The notes under the pieces are model-generated. The model saw only the letters and a list, made by a program, of their open reading frames with translations. It was not told the origin of the DNA and did not search any database. A stretch of DNA of 63,712 bases, filler included, from Reticulomyxa filosa (Eukaryota > Protista > Foraminifera): the NCBI GenBank assembly GCA_000512085.1. It is 15 parts of 15 records of this genome, joined end to end, with 100 filler letters (N's around TTAATTAATTAA, not from the genome) between each part and the next. Parts side by side here need not be neighbours in the genome. Positions count along the whole stretch, not along the records: positions 17,021 to 28,729 come from ASPP01004527.1; positions 28,830 to 32,396 come from ASPP01004916.1; positions 32,497 to 35,171 come from ASPP01009238.1; positions 35,272 to 44,564 come from ASPP01009498.1; 11 more parts are not named here. One strand, 5' to 3'. Both the position numbers and the translations under genes were made by a program. Positions within the stretch are counted from its first letter, which is position 1. The number at the start of each line of letters is the position of its first letter. Below are positions 26,503 to 38,875 of this stretch, in pieces.

Positions 26503-28729
26503 ACGGAATACAGTACTAAAATTACAATGCCTTACAAAGTAATCAACGAAACAATTGCAGGTTTCGTGCATTCATCATTAAACCAAAAGGAAGTATAACC
26601 AAAAGCAAAAAAAACATTTAATATAATCAAAAACATACTACTTTGGTAAAAAAATTTTCTTCCTAAAGGACCATAATTAATCATTAGAGCATGAAAGCTT
26701 TGTTTTCCCGGCAGAGCCTTCGATCGCCTTTTCTTTGGTTTCCGGCATTCAGTTGCCTTTTCTTGCTTGGAGCCTGCTCCCCGCACGTTGCTGACGCGAA
26801 TGCAGTGAAACAGGAAGAACAGGCATCTTATGTCGTCAAGATATCCTCTATTCAACTCAAAGGATATTTGGAATAAGTCAAGAAAACTTCCAAAAATCAG
26901 GTTATGAGAAGAAATCGATAATTGCAGTTTTTACAGAAATATTCAAAAGACATTAAGAATTCCAGCAATAATTTGTTTTGATTTGAAAAAGAATTTGAAG
27001 AAGCATGAAAATGTAACAGAATTTATTGATTAACTGAGATTGGAATGCAAATTATTCTGCTTGTCTAGATAAGAATATTGAATCAATGATGGATTTTATC
27101 ATTAACAATAATTTACAAATAACAAACTCCAGTCCACTTATGGAAAAGATAAAGTCCAATCATCAATTGATATCACTTTAAGAGCAAATGTTGTACCAAT
27201 CCCAACGCTGGATGCTTTCTGGAGTTGGAAAGGTGAATTCCGAAATTTACAACTTCCAAATCGCAGAATGCCAGAGATTCATAAGATCTTGGCGAGCATA
27301 ATGTAACTGAAATCTATCGGATCAAAGGTTATTTTGATATTCCTGGAAATAATCAGATTCAGAGACGAAATGGCCTAAATCCTTTTTTTACTGAACATAT
27401 TAGAAGCGCAAGAAAGGAAAACCATTTCACAGGCAAAGTGAGATTAAATGTGTACTTGGAGCACTTCCTGATCGAATGCACACATCAAAGACTTAGAAAT
27501 GTATGGTATGCAACAATCAAAGTATTGCTGTCGCCTTTCGATTTCAAGATATCGAACCTGAGAACAAATTAAAATTTTGACTGAAAAGTGTTTCAAACAA
27601 ATGAAGCATTTAAATTTTCCTTCCAATTGCAACAACGAACTTTGAAAGTCCTTCCATAATGGATAATCTTTCATTTCTTCATTGATACACTTAATTGCAT
27701 TGTAGCTAACTTCAGTTCTTTTTCAATCTGTGAAGCGAATCGCTCCACCAAGGTTTATTTCCTTTACAAATAATTTTAGTTCCAATACTTTGTTTTGCTG
27801 AGTCAACAAAAAAAAATAATCCTTCATCATCGAGATAAACTTTTGAAAAAAAGTTGTATTTTGAAGGAAGGCAAGCTAGATACTGCAACATCTAGCAGTA
27901 TCTGAAAGAATTTCAAAGTTAATCTTCGTTTATTAACAACGATTTTCGTCGTCAACAAGAATGTGGCGAAAACAAAAACAAAGACAAAGATACAAAGAAA
28001 ATACTAAAAAAAAAAATTTTTTTTTACCGTGATAAAATTGATTCATACCATAAAGTGATATCAATTGATGATTGGACTTTATCTTTTCCATAAGTGGACT
28101 GGAGTTTGTTATTTGTAAATTATTGTTAATGATAAAATCCATCATTGATTCAATATTCTTATCTAGACAAGCAGAATAATTTGCATTCCAATCTCAGTTA
28201 ATCAATAAATTCTGTTACATTTTCATGCTTCTTCAAATTCTTTTTCAAATCAAAACAAATTATTGCTGGAATTCTTAATGTCTTTTGAATATTTCTGTAA
28301 AAACTGCAATTATCGATTTCTTCTCATAACCTGATTTTTGGAAGTTTTCTTGACTTATTCCAAATATCCTTTGAGTTGAATAGAGGATATCTTGACGACA
28401 TAAGATGCCTGTTCTTCCTGTTTCACTGCATTCGCGTCAGCAACGTGCGGGGAGCAGGCTCCAAGCAAGAAAAGGCAACTGAATGCCGGAAACCAAAGAA
28501 AAGGCGATCGAAGGCTCTGCCGGGAAAACAAAGCTTTCATGCTCTAATGATTAATTATGGTCCTTTAGGAAGAAAATTTTTTTACCAAAGTAGTATGTTT
28601 TTGATTATATTAAATGTTTTTTTTGCTTTTGGTTATACTTCCTTTTGGTCTTAATGATGAATGCACGAAACCTGCAATTGTTTCGTTGATTACTTTGTAA
28701 GGCATTGTAATTTTAGTACTGTATTCCGT
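26503..28729. repeat. Long near-perfect inverted repeat: arms 26503-27180 and 28051-28729 (~678 bp), spacer ~870 bp
   Basis: Identical mirrored ORFs (26691+ and 28355-; 26532- and 28376+). The arms carry LINE APE remnants 'DWNANY...SSIDITL'. The right arm runs into the contig end. Confidence 0.92.
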
Positions 28730-28969
28730 NNNNNNNNNNNNNNNNNNNNNNNNNNNNNNNNNNNNNNNNNNNNTTAATTAATTAANNNNNNNNNNNNNNN
28801 NNNNNNNNNNNNNNNNNNNNNNNNNNNNNATATATATATATATATGTATATGTATACGTGTTTATATGTGTATATGTTTCTGAAAGTGCAAGATGTTTTC
28901 GGTGCTTTTTTTAAATATTCCCTCTTGCTCAACACATTTCACAAACAAACAAACGGCAAAAGATACTTA

Positions 28970-31003
28970 ACAAAAATACAAACGTTATAACCATCCAATA
29001 ACGATGTGATAAATTGTTTGGTACTCTCAAACACTTCTTCTTGGGTTGCACTAGGCTCAAACACGTGATCAAAACAGACTGTTTTGTTTCGGACTTTGTT
29101 CTTTATTTGCAAACTGTTATGACTTGCAATGAACTGGCAGTTGGTCTCCTCCCAATGCTGTGCACGTGTCTTGCTGCGCTCATTCAAAAATTCGACAGAC
29201 ATCGTTTCACCACATGCAAGCTCATGCTCAGTTAATGGGCGAATTCGACAAAATACGCGAATATTCCCTTTGAGTTCTTGAATGATGTTGAAATATTTGC
29301 GACGTAGTAATATCTCCCGACCATAACTTTGAATTGCCTTTTGGGCTTTGACTCCTTTTTTTTGATCGTTTATTTTATAGATTGTTTGTCAGGATTGCAC
29401 TTGAAAAGTAAATAATGCAACTTAAGATTTGCGCTTGGTTTAACGTGGATCCAAACAAAGTTGTAATATTTTGAAACAGGTCCATAATTTTTTCTGATTC
29501 CTCTTTTTTTACTGTTTCAACAATTATCTCAATTTTTTGAATGTTTTCGATAAAAGATTGCAATTTATGAAGTATTCTTTGGTTTGTCAGTTCCAATATC
29601 AAAGTTTCGATACTTTCTATTTTTAAAACAAGACAAAAGGGAGAAGTCCAAAAGGAGATGGAAAAAAAATTTATTTAGATTTTTGAAACTGTTGTGGGAT
29701 TGATTTTCGTTATCAGCACTTTCACATGCTTGTTTCAACCCAAGCTGATGATTATTTATTTCATCTACTTGCTGCTTGCATGCTTGCATTTCCATTTGCA
29801 AAGCCTTTTCACGCTCCGACACTTGGAGAAGTTGTTCATTAATATCGTGCAACTCTTTGGTTGAAATATTGATTTGCTTTTTGACTGCAAAAAGTGTTTC
29901 GTCTGCAATATTGCATTGTCTTGTTAACTGACAATTTGCTTTGGTGAGCACGTCATTTTTTACTTGCATTTGATCTATCTCTTGAACGTAGTCTAACTGT
30001 CTGTTTAGCTCTTCACGAGCCAGTTCTAGATCCACTCTTTCTTTTTTAACTTTTCGACGTCCGCTTGGATAAGTAGCGAATCTTGTCTAAGCCTGTTTTC
30101 AATCATCTGCTTCACCTCCATTCGATCCATCTCCCTTTCTGACTTAGTAATGACATGGGAACAGGGCATGTAGCATGTTTCATTATCTTTATGGGACTCC
30201 AAAGTTTGCTTTAGGTTTACTATTACTTCTCTCAGCTGCCTTAATTCTTCGATTGGCTCTCCAATTAAATTCTTGTTTTTTTTTTAAAATATGTACGTGA
30301 TTTTTTTTTTGGAGCCACTCAGACACGCACAAAAGCAAAACTTGCGATGACAATGAAGAAATATTTTCCTTCCCTGCAGCGACGTATCTGTTCTGAATGG
30401 AGGAAGTACTCTTATGGTAGGCATCCCTCTGATATTGTCTAGTGATTATCGACGACGCGTATGGAGACGTTGGACTGATCCATACGTGGCTCCGTTTTGA
30501 CAACGTACCTCTGTTTGATAGAGGTGACGATGTGTTAAGTGATATCAGATTCCTCGGGATTAAGCTATTCCCATTTTTTTTTTTAAACAAACTTAATTAT
30601 TGTATTGTAAAACATGCTCCAAACTCGCTTTTTTTGTTTGTTTGACACAAGACATGTGTCAGCAAAAATAGAGCTATAAGGATTGAGTAATAGTAACTCT
30701 GAGACTGAGGTAATGTGCTCACAAATGGAACATCGTACTGCTTTCCTTTTTTTTAAACAGTTTTCGCAAAAAAAAAGGAATGACCACATTGAAGGCTACG
30801 CGGAATACGTTGAAGAAAACTCCACTGTTTTTCATTTGCACATGCTCCGATTTCAATTTGTTTTGTTGTGTGTTTTCATTAACTTGGCAGAAGGGACATT
30901 TATGAGCATCCAAGTCTTGACAAATTATAAATTGATTGTTGGAAGATAATGAAGTGAGAATAGGTGAATATTTTGTGCTTCCAGCGTCTTGTTGTGTTGT
31001 CAT
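28970..31003 (-). CDS. Kinesin-14 (C-terminal motor kinesin), 3'-partial and multi-exon
   Basis: Coiled-coil exons followed by neck and motor start 'RRKYFNIIQELKGNIRVFCRIRPL', 'FDHVFEPSATQEEVFE' and 'SLLDGYNVCIF'. Confidence 0.88.
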
Positions 31004-31279
31004 TTGTTGTGAATTTTATTTGACAAAGGGTCTGTACTTTGAAAGGACTGCTTATTGAATTCGTCATGATGTTTTAAAGCAACGTCACAATTTTTTTTTT
31101 TAAATCTAAACTTACAGTTATGCTAACCTTTCGAAAATAAAAAGAAATTTAAAAAAAAAATTAGTGGATAATACCGGGATAGAAGTGAGAAAAAAGTTTG
31201 TGTTTTCACAGAAATAAAAAACCTCCTTTCTGAACCTATTAAATGATAAAAACCCCCCTTCATCTCCTTTTTGTTAGAT

Positions 31280-32341
31280 ATGAAGGCCTCAGCCATGAAT
31301 ATGTTGATAAGAGGCTTTTTATGGGCACTTGTGTTAGGGAATCTACTGTTTTTTCTTTGGTATGATTTATCAGTTCAGCCGTCGAGCTTGGGGTTTGAAC
31401 CGGAAAGTAAGCCAAAGAAGGAGAAAGAAGAATCAGTAATAGAAAATCGCAAAAATGAGCCAACATCAAGGGAATTGCGAACATATGAATTGAAAAATGA
31501 CAGTGGAAAGTTGAGCAAAGAAGAGGAATGGCGTGGACGACAAGATCGTTTAAACTGCCACGTTCCCGTAGGATATCCAAAAGGTCCACCGAAATTGAAG
31601 CGTCTGACAAAAATTTGTAACAATTTGCTATTGTTTAGTATATCGTGTGTGATAACGGATAAAAGGAAATGTGATCAATGTGTGCCTCCCAATGGAGAAG
31701 AGGATTGGGCAAATGCAATGACGAAAAGGTTCCAGGAAGGGGAGCAAAGAACCCGTCAGGAACGAAGAAGAGAGCTAGAACAGATTATCCAAAATCGTTT
31801 GACTCTATCTTCGATCGAGGATGAGGGCATTGTGATTTTCACAATCAATGCAGGGTATACGTACTTATTTATGAACTGGGTATGTGGTTTGGAGGCACTC
31901 CATATTGCAGAGAATATACGTAGCACCACCATCGTAGTGGCCACCGACGAAGAGTCGGAGCAGTTGGTGCGTTTGATGGGTTTCCAAGTGGTGCGAGGAG
32001 ATTGGTTGGATATAAAAATTCCGAAAGAGGCAGCCGAAGAATTTGCGCTGGGGGCACACCGCTTTGTCGTTGCATTGCAAATTGTGTATACGTTTGACCT
32101 GATTGATATGGGGTACAATGTCTTGCAACAAGACACCGACATTGTTTGGCTCAAAGACGTTCGTTCCTATTTTTATGACACTTTTGACGACGTTGAAATG
32201 CCTTGCGATGGACGAGTTGATAACGTCGGCCCCGGCAACTCGGGCTTTATTCACATTCGTAGCAATTGCAAAACCAGAGTTTTTATGCACACTTTAATTC
32301 ATTACATTGGATTGGTCTTGCGTGGCCGAAGTGATCAAAGG
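31280..32341 (+). CDS. Nucleotide-diphospho-sugar transferase (GT77-like) type II membrane glycosyltransferase, 3'-partial
   Basis: N-terminal signal anchor, 'NAGY..LFMNW', 'VVATD', 'LIDMGYNVLQQDTDIVWLKD' (DxD motif), 'NSGFIHIRSN' and 'SDQ'. Confidence 0.82.
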
Positions 32342-32355
32342 GTCCTTTTATATAC

Positions 32356-32396
<41 letters not shown>

Positions 32397-32754
32397 NNNN
32401 NNNNNNNNNNNNNNNNNNNNNNNNNNNNNNNNNNNNNNNNTTAATTAATTAANNNNNNNNNNNNNNNNNNNNNNNNNNNNNNNNNNNNNNNNNNNNTTGT
32501 TCGTTATTTTTTGATTTTAAATTTGTTAATTTGGTGGTTGGTGTAATGATTATTATATTCGTTTTAATTTATGTAAAAGATGATAGTCTATTAGTTGGAG
32601 TGAATAATCGATGGATGAAAACAATTTTATTGAGTGTACTTCATCAAAAGAATGATTCACTTATATTTAGTTGCATTTTTTTAATAGAATTGTTTAAATA
32701 TTGACCGAAATAAAGGGCGGTTAAAAGATATATTAAAAATGTGACCAAATTATA

Positions 32755-34045
32755 CAGTGATTGCAAAGAAATTATGAATTAACAAATTTAGAAAAGTTGT
32801 TGGAAGAAAAAAATTTTCAAAAATGATATTAATTTGGGCACAATCTTCAAATCACCTTGATGTAGCAGAATGTGTTTGCTTTTTACAAAATTATTTACTA
32901 GAAGATGCTTTCAATTAGATATATAATAACTACCGTTACAAGCAAATAAAAACAAACAAAAACACTAACAAAAATTTTTAATATTTCGTATGCCCACCCC
33001 TTGCATTGAACACAGCTTTTATCCTATCAGGTATGGATTCCACTAACTTTCTACAAATATCTTTGTCAATCTCTTCACATTCTTTCTCAAGCACCTCCCA
33101 AAGCTACTCCAAAGATTTGACCTCATGATTTTGGTGGATCTTCATCTTTATAATTTGCTAGATGTCTAAGAGCTATTCTATGATTCTCCAAAAATTCCAT
33201 AGTTGAATTTGACTTGTGACAAGATGCATTGTCTTGCTGAAAGATAAAATCCCACATTTAGTCAGCGAGAATCTCTTTATACAACTCAAAATTAACAGTT
33301 CATGTGATTTTGTGCATCCACAAATCTTCCACTATCTTTCACAGTAGGCTTAGTAGATCGGAAATCATTTCATTAAGTCTTCGCCAAATGTATTCTTTTC
33401 AGTCACTTTTGAAATGATTTATTTTCGTTTCATAGGAAAAAATCAATTCTCTCCACTCACTTTTGGTCCATGATTTGTGTTTTTTGTCTAACTCTAAACT
33501 TAACTTTTTATGGCGCTTATTTAACCGATGCTTTTTGATATGTATGCGACCATTTAAATCCTGTGATTTTAAAATGTTTTTCACATTGCTAACTGAAAAC
33601 GATCTTTTATATTTCGTGCAAGTAGTCACTGCAAATCTACTGCTGTTTGTGCCTCTTCAGATTAAATTAAGCATCTCTATATCAGTCCACGTTTTAGGAC
33701 ATCCAGAGCCTCTTTTGCGTGTAATTGTTCCACTGTTGAATATGCTTAGGTAACTTTTTTTGCTTTGTCATGATGTATACCAAATTGCTAGCCATCATCA
33801 CGATACGACATTCACATACTTATTCTTTCAAATAAAATTCTTATTGTATTCCGAACAGCTTGTGACTCATAACTAGAATCTAAAGAATACAATAAAAACA
33901 AAAAACTTGTTGGAATGTTGAAAAAGAAAAGTTTATATTGAAATTGTGATCCAACAGGAAAACTACCCATTACAATCATTTTTGAAAATTTTTTTCTTCC
34001 AACAACTTTCTAAATTTTTGTTTATTGTTTTTACAAACTACTTAT
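32755..34045 (-). mobile_element. Decayed Tc1-family DNA transposon with TIRs and a transposase pseudogene (~32978-33870)
   Basis: Starts TA|CAGTG. TIR AAATTTAGAAAAGTTGTTGGAAGAAAAAAATTTTCAAAAATGAT is mirrored at 33975-34017. Transposase remnants include 'RKRGSGCP', 'W..LIFSYETK' (FSDE), 'FQQDNASCH' and 'SIPDRIKAVFNARGGHTKY*'. Confidence 0.88.
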
Positions 34046-34739
34046 AAAAGTGTAAACGTATATCTAGTAAACCAAAAAAAATTATCACAATTTGTTACTA
34101 AAATTTTCATTAGAAAAACAAAAAGTTCATATTTTATGTTTGGCTAATTTTTTTTTGTTGCAACTGTAATATTTTCTCAGTCCTGGAGTGTGGTAATTGG
34201 TAATTTGTTTTTTACCTCTTATTACCACTTGTGTTTTATATTGATCTTGCATTTTTGCAATGAACATGAAGCAATTTGTATTAGCGTACATATTTATATT
34301 CAATGCGCTCAATTTTATATCAAGTACCCATTTTGAATGTTTAAGTATACCAAAAAAAATTCTCCAAATTCCTTTTTTTTTTTTGCTGCAAGTTTCTATA
34401 TTTGTTATGATCAGTTACAATAATTTTATTGTGTAGACATGTGCCTATATTATGGCAATTGAAAACATAGTCGTGCAAATAAAAAAAGAATTGAGAGGAA
34501 AGTTTGATTTTGATGTTTTTACTTAAAAATTACAAATTCAGCTTTATTTGACCACGATTATTTAACTAATACTGAACTGAGTTTTCTGTCGTTGAAAAGT
34601 TTAGCTTGTCAAAGGGACAGCGGCAAAAAAATGTATTAAAACACGTGAATTGACGAAATAGAATTTACCTCTAAAAAAAATCACAAGTTTAAAGAATTAG
34701 TTTAATTTGATTCACTATAAGTCCAATTGTTTTTTTTCA

Positions 34740-35171
34740 ATGAATGAGGCAAATCCAAAACTCCAAATAGCACTTGGTAGGACGACCTAACTTTTTAATT
34801 TCACATCGCAAATGTGAGGGAGAAGTAAGTGTGCATATATGTACAAATCAGAGCAAGAGATATCCACAAAAGAGGCGCTTGAGAAATGGAAAAAAGGAAA
34901 ATTACATTTATTTTATACACCGGGGATGCAAACCGACCGAGTGTCAGAGTGTATTAAGGGCGCAGTACCTATTGGAAGAAATACTCCTCAAAAGTTAAGA
35001 GAAAAATTTAAAAAAAGAAAAGGAGTATCAAAAAAATTGACTTTGTTGTGTCTGACTTTTGGAACAGAGTGGCCTATGGATTGTACGCAGAACAACTATC
35101 AGGCACATCATTCACAACACCAAGAGTGCGCAACATGAGAACGTACGTATAGTCCTCATTAACAGCAACAT
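34740..35171 (+). CDS. HGD: Homogentisate 1,2-dioxygenase, 5' part (3'-truncated)
   Basis: After removing the intron at ~34994-35067 it reads '[42 protein letters not shown]', matching the HGD signature GALP.[19 protein letters not shown].PR. Confidence 0.88.
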
Positions 35172-35271
35172 NNNNNNNNNNNNNNNNNNNNNNNNNNNNN
35201 NNNNNNNNNNNNNNNTTAATTAATTAANNNNNNNNNNNNNNNNNNNNNNNNNNNNNNNNNNNNNNNNNNNN

Positions 35272-36419
35272 ATCATTGAAACGATTGCATACGTATATCC
35301 CAGTGCTTTGCCAAACGATTGCGAACCCTACGAAACAGTACTTTGTTTTTTTTAACCGTACATACGTCACATTTTCAAAAAAATAAATAATAAAAAGATT
35401 GGAACCGATACCATTGGCTGATGGTATGGTTGGAAAACCATTTGGTCAAGTTCGTTTGAATTGTTTGGAATTGCTAACGATTTCGGCAGATTTTGCACAG
35501 TTTAAATGCGGAAAAGTGTTGGGAAATTTGAAGTTTGATTTTTGGAAGGCGATTTTAGATTTGGCATTTACTCACAAAGCTAATAATTTATTCCTTTGCC
35601 ATTTCCGAAGACTTGTTCATCTTTCCATGATTTTCAAACGAAGGTTCTTAAAGTATTTATTCGTTGATTGTGTGATGCTGGATCGATTTATTGATTTTTA
35701 TCACAATGAACTTCCCCGATGCAGTTATTTTATATTTTTTTAGAAACACGTATAATCAATACGTACATTTACTAATTAACACGCACACGCCAAAAAAAAA
35801 AGCGTTGCATTCGTACATTTTACAAATGCTTTGGGATATCTATCATCACGATCAAAGAGAGACAGAATCAGCTACCAATGAAACTAAGGACAAGAAAGAT
35901 GAAACAAACGAAGAGGATAGCCAATCGGACAATGGGTCAGTGGTTATCTATGAAGACGAAAATGACGAGGAAAATCAAGATAAAGACAAGAACAAAGACA
36001 AGAATAAAGACAAAGACAAAGATGAGGACAATAAAAGTGACACATTTGGACAAAATGAAAATTTTGTACTGAAGCCAAATTTCAGTACTGAGCCAGAAGA
36101 TCAGTGGAGTATTGCCAAATTTTTTGATACTCATCCCAAATGGTCCAACTTTTCCAAAGTGTTAACTCAACAAATTGAAATTCAAATGAGCTCGGAACAA
36201 CTTCCACTACAACAAGGAAACGGAATGTCACAGTTGGACGCATTGCTAAGTCATTTTACTGAAGACGGAGCTGACGAAAATGAGCAACAGGCGGAAGGCG
36301 GAGACTCGTCTGATTCTGATGTACTGTTGTTTTTTTTCTGTTGTCAATTTGTTATACGTACATCAAACTTATCACTATCATTTTTGTGCGATATGAACAA
36401 ATAGGAAGGCGAAGAGTAA
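35272..36419 (+). CDS. SAPS-domain (SIT4/PP6-associated) regulatory protein, C-terminal part
   Basis: 'KPFGQVRLNCLELL...LDLAFTHKANNLF' resembles the SAPS PLG..RL.I.E...LFF.Y.WNNFL motif. Acidic tail. Introns at 35338-35397, 35724-35802 and 36321-36404. Confidence 0.65.
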
Positions 36420-36745
36420 TTGATCCCAAAAAGGTTTATTTGTTTGTCGCCGTGCTGATAATGGCCCAATCGTTTTATAAATTTTGTTTGTTTTGTTGAT
36501 TTTGTTAAGGGTGTACAATGGTTTAATTTCTTGTCATTTAAGACGCAAAATTCTTTATGTAAGTTATACTATTGTCGTGCGTTTTTTCTTTTTTTCTTTC
36601 TTAAGGGATTATTTTGCGATTTTAGTTGAGGCTTTTACATAAAAAAAAGTATTGCAAAGTCTTGTTTCAATAAAATCTGTTCAATTCGTTAGGTCTTTCC
36701 GTGCCACAAAGTGTTGTTACCCTTTTTTTGACCCATATTAGATTG

Positions 36746-38366
36746 AAATGTCAAGATTCGTCACACATATGCAAGAAGATGATGTGTTTCAGACCGATAG
36801 GAAGAAAGCCCTTCAAGTTTGGTTTATTTAGAAACATTTTTAAGATTTTTTTTTTAGAAACTTTGCACTGTGGACAAAAACATAAAAATGTTGAATTTAA
36901 GTCTTTTGATCAAATGGGATTATCGAAAAGTGTAAAACGGGGTATTTATGGATTTGGGTTGGTTACTCCAACTCCAGTGCAAAAGCGTTGCATAAGTGAA
37001 GTATTAAGAAATTCTGATATGATCGTTCAAGCAAAGCCACAAAGCGGTAAATCAGTGGCTTATTGTATTGCTGCTCTTGCAAAGATTAGCATATCTTTGC
37101 GAGACAAATTGCAAATTTTGATTATTGCACCACAAAGAGAAAATGCACTGCATATTTATCAAGTCCAATTTATATATTTTTTAAAAAAATGCATATATGT
37201 TTGTGATAAGCCATATTGCAAACTTTAAAATGGTACGCAACAAAACAAAAAAGATTCTAACAAAAATCGGGTGTTATGCTAAACCGTCGATTCGTTGCTG
37301 TTTGGGTGGAAAGAGTGTCCGTCAAGATATCCAAGGTTTGCAGAAAGGTGCACAAATTGTTGTTGGTACAATTGGTCGAATACTTGATATGATTGATCGA
37401 CGTGTGTTGAAAATGGATTATCTTACCACTGTCATTTTTGATGAAATGTTACATTATCAATTCAAATCGAGCGTTTTAGTAGCGAAAATGAAACCAAAAA
37501 ATTTGTTCCAATGTTTGACTATTTTTCCTTAACTCATATAAATCTATAATAATAAACAATAATGATAATATTTTTAAAAAGCTGGGAGATCTTTTGTCAT
37601 GGATTCCACCAGATGTTCAAATATGGATATTCCAAGGACTAATTGCGGATTATTGGTATTCATATCTGAAAAAGATAGTATATAAACCAGTCAAGATCTT
37701 GGCGAAGCGGCAGTATCTTATCAGTAAGGAAATTCGACATTATTTTGTTGAAATGAAGGATTCAGAAGACTTGCTTCAAAGAGTAAATGTTTTGGTGGAT
37801 TTACTTTCAAACGAACATGCCAGATCTATAACACAGGCAGTTATTTATTGTAACTCTAGGATAGCAGTTTCGTAGTTGTTTGCTTTTCATTCAATATGGG
37901 ATTTGCAAATTCAAGCATCGTATTTTTTTCTTTTGCATAGACTGAGTTCGTACAAAAAAAGTTAATGGAAGAGTATATTCCTGCCACATCTTTTCATGGA
38001 GATATATGCCAAGGTGAACGTGAATTGATCTTGAATCATTTTATCAGTGGATCTTCACGATTTTTGGTTGGGAGTAATTTACTTTCTCAATGCTTGCACA
38101 GTTGTGCAATGGATGTGGTGATCAACTTAGACTTTCCCGACAGCAAAAATTCTGTGGCTAATTATAACACTTATATGCAAAGGGTGGGAAGGATATGTGC
38201 ACGCTTACAAGAGTATCATTCTATTAATACCAATAAAAATGACTCTTTGAAATATATGCCACCTGTTGTTATCAATTTTATTGCATGTGAACAACATCGA
38301 ATTATTCAAAATGAAATTGAAACTTTCTTTCAATTTAAGATGCAGAAATTGCCATTAAATTGGTAA
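36746..38366 (+). CDS. eIF4A-like DEAD-box protein with degenerate helicase motifs
   Basis: Q motif 'SFDQMGL..RGIYGFG..PTPVQ', 'GG', 'VVGTIGRILDMI' and 'QAVIYCN' are recognisable. Motifs I, Ia, II, III and V are altered. About 4 introns. Confidence 0.8.
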
Positions 38367-38875
38367 AAAGTTGAAAATATAACTATTATTGTCCGGTCTG
38401 GTCTCATTTTAAAAGTTTTATCGTTTGGCATTCTTTTTTCTAAAAGAAAAAAAAGTCATTTAATTGTTGTATGTATTTTGGATAAATAAATAATCAAAAT
38501 CTCTATGCAAATTTGAGTTCCAATTTTCAATAAATACTCAAAGGGAACAAAAGAAGTAATTACACCTGCTGTTACCTACTGAGTATTATAAAATATCATA
38601 TCCAGCTCTGTTATTACAATTGATATGCAAAAGCCTCAAAAACTAGTATAGTTAGGCTTGCGAAAGTATGAAGGATACCACAAACAAAACAAATACCAGT
38701 GTAATTAAAAAGCTTACTCATATTTCACTTCTTTAAAAAAATAATAAATTATCCACTTTTTTTTCCATTTGTAAGAATTATAATAATACTAGCAAACAGA
38801 ATCACAAAATTGCCTTTAAAAAGTTTACCTAGAGTTTTTTCTATCGAAAAAGTGTAAAAAAGATCATCGAAGAAG

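Noticed and set aside
26532-26876. Small duplicated ORFs, including a lipoprotein-like 'LLGAC' 61-aa peptide
   Set aside because: They are duplicated only because they lie in the inverted-repeat arms, within decayed repeat sequence and with no coding support.
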